From Tubiluchus corallicola (lineage: Eukaryota; Animalia; Priapulida), in assembly GCA_030141605.1 (NCBI GenBank), contig JAQGDQ010002217.1:1-8132 (forward strand): a stretch of 8,132 nucleotides of DNA, given 5' to 3'. Each line of letters begins with the position of its first letter. Position 1 is the stretch's first letter. The notes below the pieces were generated by a model. It searched no databases, was not told the DNA's origin, and was given only the letters and a program-made list of their open reading frames with translations. Below are positions 1-7,483 of the stretch, piece by piece. The translations under genes and the position numbers were made by a program.

Positions 1-714
1 CAACTTCCTCTATCTCTTGTTGCTATAGTTACATACAACAAACTGCAACACATACCAACATCCTCTATCTCTTGTTGCTAGTTACATACAACAAACTGCA
101 ACACATACCAACTTCCTCTATCTCTTGTTGCTATAGTTACATACAACAAACTGCAACACATACCAACGTCCTCTATCTCTTGTTGCTAGTTACATACAAC
201 AAACTGCAACACTCACCAACTTCCTCTATCTCTTGTTGCTAGTTACATATAACAAACTGCAACACATACCAACTTCCTCTATCTCTAGTTGCTAGTTACA
301 TACAACAAACTGCAATACTCACCAACTTCCTCTATCTCTTGTTGCTAGTTACATACAACAAACTGCAACACTCACCAACTTCCTCTATCTCTTGTTGCTA
401 GTTACATACAACAAACTGCAACACTCACCAACTTCCTCTATCTCTTGTTGCTAGTTACATACAACAAACTGCAACACATACCAACTTCCTCTATCTCTTG
501 TTGCTATAGTTACATACAACAAACTGCAGCACTCACCAACTTCCTCTATCTCTTGTTGCTATAGTTACATACAACAAACTGCAACACTCACCAACTTCCT
601 CTATCTCTTGTTGCTAGTTACATACAACAAACTGCAACACATACCAACGTCCTCTATCTCTTGTTGCTAGTTACATATAACAAACTGCAACACTCACCAA
701 CTTCCTCTATCTCT
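1..714. repeat. 53/55-bp minisatellite, 13 full units plus a partial unit inside the FN3-2 exon; runs off the left edge
   Basis: Unit is CAACTTCCTCTATCTCTTGTTGCT(AT)AGTTACATACAACAAACTGCAACAC(ATAC/TCAC). Unit starts are at 1, 56, 109, 164, 217, 270, 323, 376, 429, 482, 537, 592, 645, and a partial at 698. Confidence 0.97.
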
Positions 715-1003
715 AGTGGTGGACTGGACGTTTTGACATACTGTGGGTGGCTGAATTCGCCCCAGCCCTTCGGGGTTCTCGCCCGGACCTGAAAGCCGTA
801 CTCCGTGTTGTACAGAAGACCAGTGAAAGTGTAGTTATGCTTGTCGGTTTCCACAATGGTCATGTTTAGCGCATTGTGCCGCATAAACCGCTTGACCGCG
901 TACAGTTCTTTGGCGCCGTACGATTCGGAAAGGTGGTCCCACTTGACTTGGATGCTGTCGTCGCCGATGCTCTTGACCATCACGTTGTGGACTCTGGTCG
1001 GAA
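698..1003 (-). CDS. Eph: Eph receptor exon, fibronectin type III repeat 2 (306 bp, phase 1-1)
   Basis: Translates to IPTRVHNVMVKSIGDDSIQVKW...TFTGLLYNTEYGFQVRARTPKGWGEFS...KTSSPPLEIEEV, matching the Eph FN3-2 motif GLxxxTxYxFQVRARTxxGxGxFS. Acceptor is CTTTTTTACTTTCAG (CAG at 1006-1004). The only repeat-borne donor upstream of the in-frame stop is GTGAGT at 697-692. Confidence 0.92.
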
Positions 1004-1123
1004 CTGAAAGTAAAAAAGAGAATGTCTGTGACACATACAGGAGACGAAATTGGAGATATGTTCAGCATTTGTGCCAATTTTTCATCACCGTTGTCTTCCC
1101 TAGTAAACTGACATCAGCACTTT

Positions 1124-1163
1124 TAGTAACATAGACAGTTCTAGTAACATGTTTTAGTAACAT
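1124..1163. repeat. Short imperfect direct repeat, TAGTAACAT x3
   Basis: Three TAGTAACAT copies lie immediately left of the putative pogo/Tigger-like fragment. Confidence 0.6.
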
Positions 1164-1164
1164 G

Positions 1165-1349
1165 TACAGTATGGGAAAAGTTATTAAGGGAATGGGAAAG
1201 GGTTATGTATAAGAGTGTGGGGAGGGTTTATAAAGACTTAAAATAATGTATAACTACTAAAATAAGTATAGAGTCCCTACTTCGCGGAAATTCACTTATT
1301 GCGGGTGGGCCTGGAACGGAACACCAGCAATAAGTGAGGGAACACTGTA
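1165..1349. mobile_element. Probable pogo/Tigger-type (Tc1/mariner superfamily) non-autonomous DNA transposon fragment, one end only
   Basis: Ends ...ATAAGTGAGGGAACACTG|TA (1347|1348), which reads TA|CAGTGTTCCCTC on the other strand and resembles pogo/Tigger termini. There is a subterminal inverted repeat TCACTTATTGC (1292-1302) / GCAATAAGTGA (1327-1337). I found no matching opposite TIR, so the left boundary is approximate. The family call is from recalled pattern, not a search. Confidence 0.55.
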
Positions 1350-1488
1350 TTTTCAATCATCTTCAGAAATTTCACAAGTTTATGCAAATTGTTGAGCAAC
1401 CTGGAGAAAATGTACCGTGGTCGAGTATTGAAAATCCAAAAGTTTGCACAAACTACAACCTGCTAGAAGAAACTTGCTACGAACTTAC

Positions 1489-1803
1489 TTGCAGCCTCTG
1501 TGGTGACAGTGATATCCGCAAATCTCTTCACTCCGCTGATGGACGACACTGCGTTCTCCGCATAAACGAAAATCTTGTACGTGGAGCTGGGGTTCAGCCC
1601 GGACAGCTGCACGCTGGTGTTGTGTATGCCATCCTCCGGCGGTCCGGACGGAAAGTACCGCACGCCGCTGCTGCACACGTCGCAAGCCACGCGGTAGATG
1701 ACGTCGGTTCGTCCGCCGCCGTTCCTGGGTGGCAGCCACGTCAGCATGACGGTGGTTTGGTCGTAGTAAATCATGCTGAGATTACGAGGCTCAGAGGGAG
1801 GGC
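1489..1803 (-). CDS. Eph: Eph receptor exon, fibronectin type III repeat 1 (315 bp, phase 1-1)
   Basis: Translates to RPPSEPRNLSMIYYDQTTVMLTWLPPRNGGGRTDVIYRVACDVC...GLNPSSTYKIFVYAENAVSSISG...TVTTEAA. It has the Eph FN3-1 hallmarks PPSxPRN, WxPPxxxGGRxD and YxxxVxAxNxVS. Acceptor is TTGTTTCAG (CAG at 1806-1804) and donor is GTAAGT (1488-1483). GC content rises sharply relative to the flanks. Confidence 0.95.
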
Positions 1804-1999
1804 CTGAAACAAGTCACACACTGACTGACTAACTGACCTGCTAAAGGTATCGATCAATGTCAAAATTATTTCTACATATTATGGTGGCAGAACATACATG
1901 AACCACACAGAAATGTGTCAATAAGTAAATCTTAGCTCTAAACACACTTGATGATCCAAGTGTTACGTTAGGAGTTCCGACACTTACTTACGTTATTAA

Positions 2000-2101
2000 A
2001 CTAATTACGTTATAAGAACTACATGCCATTTATCAGACAGCAGTCTGACACTAATTACGTTATAAGAACTACATGCCATTTATCAGACAGCAGTCTGATA
2101 C
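2000..2101. repeat. 50-bp direct tandem duplication carrying a hairpin
   Basis: 2001-2050 and 2051-2100 are identical except for one base (2049 C vs 2099 T). The second copy ends in a perfect stem-loop TATCAGAC-AGCA-GTCTGATA (2081-2100). Confidence 0.92.
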
Positions 2102-2328
2102 ATCACTAAGGCATTTAAACTTAAATATTTAATTTATTTTTGAAACAGAAAATCAATCATGGGCTTCCAATGACAAAGGCAGAGAGCTAGTCTTTTACAC
2201 TTATAAATGTACTTAACCTCACCCCTTTGTATGTAATTTATATATACTTACATATCTTGCGTTACTAGACATAGAACATTCATTTTCTCCAATTAGTTTA
2301 ACATCAAAAGTTTTTTTTAAATATTAAG

Positions 2329-2392
2329 TAATTATAATCATGGAGCAGGGCAGGGAAGGACCATAGGGTCATCTAGTCTCCTGCCCTTTCTT
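2329..2392 (-). mobile_element. Possible 3' end of a CR1/L2-clade LINE or a SINE with a CR1-derived tail
   Basis: The minus strand reads AGGGCAGGAGACTAGATGACCCTATGGTCCTTCCCTGCCCTGCTCCATGATTATAATT. This resembles the recalled CR1-type 3' terminus (GGACTAGATGA...GGTCCCTTCC...ATGATT tail) and has an 8-bp closing stem AGGGCAGG/CCTGCCCT (2347-2354/2380-2387). It is a GC-rich island in an AT-rich intron. Confidence 0.5.
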
Positions 2393-3544
2393 ATAAATAG
2401 ATTAGTATATTAAAAATTTCGGTGATGCTGCAGATACCAAAATAAAAACAAATAAGAAAAAAAAATAATAAACAGAATAAATGATACAAATTACCCAAAA
2501 AGAACTGAAAACAAAAAAATAATAAAGTTAGATACCTAAATCTAAACAAAACAATACAATTATTCAGTAGTTAGGATTATTATATGTAGTAGTTTCAAAT
2601 GGGGTCTTATTAACAGGGGAATTTGACCAAGGTTAGTGAGTAAAGTTAAAAACTGAGAGTATGGAAAGAAAAAATAAGCATCAAAACAGCGTAACATAGA
2701 AAAATTTATGAGAAAAAGTAAGTATGAGAAAGAGCAACAATTACTTAGGAGATGAGGAGAAAAAAAGAAAAGAAACTTATATACACATATATCGTACATT
2801 TTGTCATTGAAACAATTATTGCTTTGTTTCTGACATAGTTTCTACGGAATTGTGTGATAATATTGAACACAAAACAAGCAATACAATAAACATTACAACA
2901 AGCAACACAAACTATATTAACTATAGGAAACAGATAATAAAATAAACAAGAATAATTGTGCACAAACTTAAGTAGCACTTAAAAAAAGCATATTCTAGAA
3001 ACACTCAGTATCTCAGCACTATTATCCTCATCAGTACTACATTACTACAAACTCAATAAAAACCTTTGCAGTGCATAGTAAGCTGATCACTCATACTTCT
3101 ATACCTGTGTCAAGGATTTTTGTTTGTTAAATTTAATATAGCGTTTTACAGTTACAAGTGGCGACACCTGGCCTCAATATTTGCATCCTAGTCAACTTCC
3201 GGTCATTTAAGTTTCAATGTGTTCAAGTGATGACGTGTTTCTGTGAACTCACGATTTAATGCCAACGATGTATGTAAATTTTATTTAGTCATTTATTTTA
3301 TTTACTGTAAGTCTCTCATTAATTTCACGTAATCGTAATCGATCTTTTGATAGAAATGAGTTAGTTTATTAAAGGAATTTATATATCTCGTTTCAGATAA
3401 AATGTAATATTTTGGGTAATGGCGTCACAGTGTCAGATATGATGAAGTAAATGACTAAGGTGCATGTGACGTGAAAATTGTACACAAACAATAAACAGTT
3501 ATGCTGAGCAAAATGATGACTTTGTTTGTCACCGTAAAGCCCAA

Positions 3545-3647
3545 ACAACCTGTAATACAACACCCATCGGTTAATAAGTTCAGCCGGTTTTAATTGGGTC
3601 AAAACACTTCGGTCCCAAACTGAGTCTATTAAGCGGCGCCTACTGTA
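3545..3647. mobile_element. Possible second pogo/Tigger/Tc1-type transposon terminus
   Basis: Ends ...ATTAAGCGGCGCCTACTG|TA (3645|3646), which reads TA|CAGTAGGCGCCGCTTAAT on the other strand, a CAGT-starting, TA-flanked TIR-like end. No partner TIR was seen and the left boundary is uncertain. Confidence 0.45.
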
Positions 3648-3675
3648 TTTATATTATTATATTAAAGTTACATAC

Positions 3676-3831
3676 GTGTGCACGGGTCGGTTTTCTCGTC
3701 TCCGGGCGCTCGGTGGTACCCCTCTTCACACTGGCACTCCTCCTGACCCACTCCGTGCGCCTTGCTGTGTTTGGGACAGTAATCGCATCGGCCGTTCCCC
3801 ACGTGCGCTTTGAAAGTGGACAGTGGACAAG
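3676..3831 (-). CDS. Eph: Eph receptor exon, Cys-rich EGF-like segment (156 bp, phase 1-1)
   Basis: Manual translation in a frame missed by the ORF track gives xCPLSTFKAHVGNGRCDYCPKHSKAHGVGQEECQCEEGYHRAPGDEKTDPCT. This fits the Eph pattern CPxxTFK...CxxCPxxS...CxCxxGYxRA...PCT. Acceptor is TTTTTTCAG (CAG at 3834-3832) and donor is GTATGT (3675-3670). It splices in frame to the next exon to give PCT-RPPSEPRN, the typical Eph junction into FN3-1. Confidence 0.93.
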
Positions 3832-4074
3832 CTGAAAAAAACACACAAAAATTAAAGCTGTATTCTTTCTCAGTTGACTTATTGCATCGTTAGATGGCAC
3901 TAGTGAGGTAAAATCTTGCCCACTGTGCGTAAATCTTTGCTTACAATGCATATAAGTTGTTTATATTTTTGAGAGGAGACAGTGGATTTTATAAAACTGC
4001 ATTAAGAAGTAGATTTCAAGGTGCAAACAATACAGAAGATTTCCAAGTAATTTAAACATCAAATATCTTTACTA

Positions 4075-5512
4075 AGATGTATCCAATTTAGTACAAAATT
4101 TCGGGAGGTAAATGTATTCAATTTAGCACAAAATTTCGCGAGGTAGATGTATCCAATTTAGTACAAAATTTCGCGAGGTAGATGTATCCAATTTAGTACA
4201 AAATTTTACGAGGTAAATGTATCCAATTTAGTACAAAATTTTGCGAGGTAGATGTATCCAATTTAGTACAAAATTTCGGGAGGTAAATGTATCCAATTTA
4301 GCACAAAATTTTGCGAGGTAAATGTATCCAATTTAGTACAAAATTTCGGGAGGTAAATGTATCCAATTTAGCACAAAATTTTGCGAGGTAAATGTATCCA
4401 ATTTAGTACAAAATTTTGCGAGGTAGATGTATCCAATTTAGTACAAAATTTCCCCAGGTAGATGTATCCAATTTAGTACAAAATTCTGCGAGGTAGATGT
4501 ATCCAATTTAGTACAAAATTTCGCCAGGTAGATGTATCCAATTTAGTACAAAATTTCGCGAGGTAGATGTATCCAATTTAGTACAAAATTTCGCGAGGTA
4601 GATGTATCCAATTTAGTACAAAATTTTACGAGGTAAATGTATCCAATTTAGTACAAAATTTTGCGAGGTAGATGTATCCAATTTAGTACAAAATTTCGGG
4701 AGGTAAATGTATCCAATTTAGTACAAAATTTTACGAGGTAAATGTATCCAATTTGGTACAAAATTTCGGGAGGTAAATGTATCCAATTTAGTACAAAATT
4801 TCGCGAGGTAAATGTATCCAATTTAGTACAAAATTTCCCGAGGTAGATGTATCCAATTTAGTACAAAATTTCCCCAGGTAGATGTATCCAATTTAGTACA
4901 AAATTCTGCGAGGTAGATGTATCCAATTTAGTACAAAATTTCCCGAGGTAGCTGTATCCAATTTAGTACAAAATTTCGCGAGGTAAATGTATCCAATTTA
5001 GTACAAAATTTCGGGAGGTAAATGTATCCAATTTAGCACAAAATTTTGCGAGGTAGATGTATCCAATTTAGTACAAAATTTCGGGAGGTAAATGTATCCA
5101 ATTTAGTACAAAATTTCGGGAGGTAGATGTATCCAATTTAGTACAAAATTTCCCGAAGTAGATGTATCCAATTTAGTGCAAAATTTCTCGAGGTAGATGC
5201 ATCCAATTTAGTACAAAATTTCGCGAGGTAGCTGCATCCAGTTTAGTACAAATTTCGCGACGTAGATGCATCCAATTTAGTACAAAATTTCGCGAGGTAG
5301 ATGCATCAAATTTAGTACAAAATTTTGCGAGGTAGATGTATCCAATTTAGTACAAAATTTCACGAGGTAGATGTATCCAATTTAGTACAAAATTTCACGA
5401 GGTAGATGTATCCAATTTAGTACAAAATTTCACGAGGTAAATGTATCCAATTTAGTACAAAATTTCACGAGGTAAATGTATCCAATTTAGTACAAAATTT
5501 CACGAGGTAAAT
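4075..5512. repeat. 35-bp tandem satellite, 41 units
   Basis: Consensus is (G/A)ATGTATCCAATTTAGTACAAAATT[TCGCG]AGGTA. The period is strictly 35 bp from 4076 except for one 34-bp unit at 5231-5264. Confidence 0.98.
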
Positions 5513-6003
5513 AATTTATGATTAAAGTACAAATCACACGAAATTATATCACCTCCGAAACGTAGAGCACCGACAGCACGTCACTGTATTACAATCAGCA
5601 CATATTACAATCATGCACACTAGTTTTAGCATTAGGGCAAAGCTAGTTCAAATGATTGACGCTAGATGGCGCAAGATTGCTACAATTATTGAGCTGAGGA
5701 CGTTAAGAGCGAAAGGCATCGTCCAAGTGTTTTGTCAATGATCAACTAAGCAGTAAAAACATCGACATTTGTAATTTAGTACGCCAATTACTGATATCAT
5801 TGAAACTCATGAATGTTAAACAAAGGAAAAAAAATCAAAAATATAATCCCAGACTTTTTCCCTATAGAAAAAACATTCAATTTGGCTAAAAAATATCCAA
5901 ATTTTTAGCAAATCAACGAAAAAGGAGATGGTTGAAATGATCCAAGATTAACTGACTGCTTGATTTGATCAACTATTCAGCAACAAAGATTATATACATA
6001 ATC

Positions 6004-6040
6004 ATAAAGATTATTATATAATTATAAAGATTATTATATA
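6004..6040. repeat. Small AT-rich direct duplication (ATAAAGATTATTATATA x2, 20-bp period)
   Basis: Copies at 6004-6020 and 6024-6040. Confidence 0.7.
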
Positions 6041-6160
6041 TATATCAAAACAGGCCAAAATATTGCAATAAAGAACTATCCTGCTACTTTCTTAAGGTAA
6101 AAAATGTCTTCGCAAGAGTGAAATGCTTTACGAATTACTGTCCTCAAATTATTGCTAAAT

Positions 6161-7483
6161 TAACCCTAATTGCTAAATTGCTAACCCTAAACCCTAATCC
6201 TAAACCTAACCCTAACCGTAATCCTATCCCAAGTCTAACTCTAACCTTAACCCTAACTCTAACCCTAACCATAACCGTAATCCTATGCCAACTCTAACTC
6301 TAACCTTAACCCTAACTCTAACCCTAACCATAACCGTAATCCTATCCCAACTCTAACTCTAACCTTAACCCTAACTCTAACCCTAACCATAACCGTAATC
6401 CTATCCCAACTCTAACCTTAACCCTAACTCTAACCCTAACCATAACCGTAATCCTATCCCAACTCTAACCTTAACCCTAACTCTAACCCTAACCATAACC
6501 GTAATCCTATGCCAACTCTAACTCTAACCTTAACCCTAACTCTAACCCTAACCATAACCGTAATCCTATCCCAACTCTAACTCTAACCTTAACCCTAACT
6601 CTAACCCTAACCATAACCGTAATCCTATCCCAACTCTAACCTTAACCCTAACCCTAACCCTAACCATAACCCTAACCCTACCAACTCTAACCTTAACCCT
6701 AATCCTAACCCTAACCCTAACCCTAACCCTACCCAATCTAACTCTAACCTTAACCCTAACTCTAACCCTAACCATAACCGTAATCCTATGCCAACTCTAA
6801 CTCTAACCTTAACCCTAACTCTAACCCTAACCATAACCGTAATCCTATCCCAACTCTAACTCTAACCTTAACCCTAACTCTAACCCTAACCATAACCGTA
6901 ATCCTATCCCAACTCTAACCTTAACCCTAACTCTAACCCTAACCATAACCGTAATCCTATCCCAACTCTAACCTTAACCCTAACTCTAACCCTAACCATA
7001 ACCGTAATCCTATGCCAACTCTAACTCTAACCTTAACCCTAACTCTAACCCTAACCATAACCGTAATCCTATGCCAACTCTAACCTTAACCCTAATCCTA
7101 ATCCTAACCCTAACCGTAATTCTACCCCAACTCTAACCCTAACCATAACCGTAATCCTATCCCAAGTCTAACTCTAACCTTAACCCTAACCCTATCCCAA
7201 CTCTAATCCTAACCCTAACCATAACCGTAATCCTATCCCAACTTTAACTCTAACCTTAACCCTAACCCTATCCCAACTCTAACCCTAACCATAACCGTAA
7301 TCCTATCCCAACTCTAACTCTAACCTTAACCCTAATCCTATCCCAACTCGAACCCTAACCTCAACCCTAACCATAATCCTATCCCAACCCTAACCATAAT
7401 CCTATCCCAGCCCTAAACCTAACCTCAACCCAACCCTAATCGTATCTCAACTCTAACCCTAACCCTAACCCTAATCCTAATCC
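6161..7483. repeat. Degenerate telomere-like (TAACCC)n array with 59/53-bp higher-order units
   Basis: Hexamer variants AACCAT AACCGT AATCCT ATCCC AACTCT (AACTCT) AACCTT AACCCT AACTCT AACCCT recur in fixed order. Short near-pure TAACCC runs occur at about 6643-6680, 6707-6731 and 7454-7473. Unique sequence flanks both sides, so the array is interstitial. Confidence 0.95.

Noticed and set aside
1334-1807. 157-aa plus-strand ORF (also 841..1134 +)
   Set aside because: Antisense shadows of the GC-rich Eph exons, with no recognisable domain.
2081-2110. Helitron 3' end (hairpin followed by CTRR)
   Set aside because: The hairpin is AT-balanced, the CTAA lies only 5 nt downstream and is not followed by the target T, and no 5' end could be identified.
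2560-3602. Short F/Y/L/I-rich minus-strand ORFs (2560..2799, 2745..2978, 3393..3602)
   Set aside because: Low-complexity AT-rich intron sequence with no codon-like GC shift and no convincing homology apart from the weak LIRPHLK noted in the findings.
1165-3647. One large TA-flanked DNA transposon spanning the FN3-1 exon
   Set aside because: Only TACAGTA at 1165 matches the 3647 end, and there is no extended TIR. The two TIR-like ends (1347, 3645) point the same way and differ in sequence.
3649-3951. 100-aa minus-strand ORF as the Eph exon
   Set aside because: Wrong frame. The Eph Cys pattern appears in another frame bounded by splice sites at 3831 and 3676. The ORFs 835..1077 and 1485..1739 are likewise alternative frames of real exons.
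4075-5512. CRISPR array (regular conserved repeat with a variable segment)
   Set aside because: The variable part is only ~5 nt of related, recurring variants rather than unique 25-45 nt spacers. There are no cas genes and the context is a eukaryotic intron.
6566-6834. ORFs encoding VRVRVR/LGLGLG peptides
   Set aside because: These are translation artefacts of the TTAGGG-like array. They have no domain content, and frames are broken by the 5-nt monomer.
6161-7483. True chromosome telomere
   Set aside because: The array is degenerate and flanked by unique sequence on both sides.
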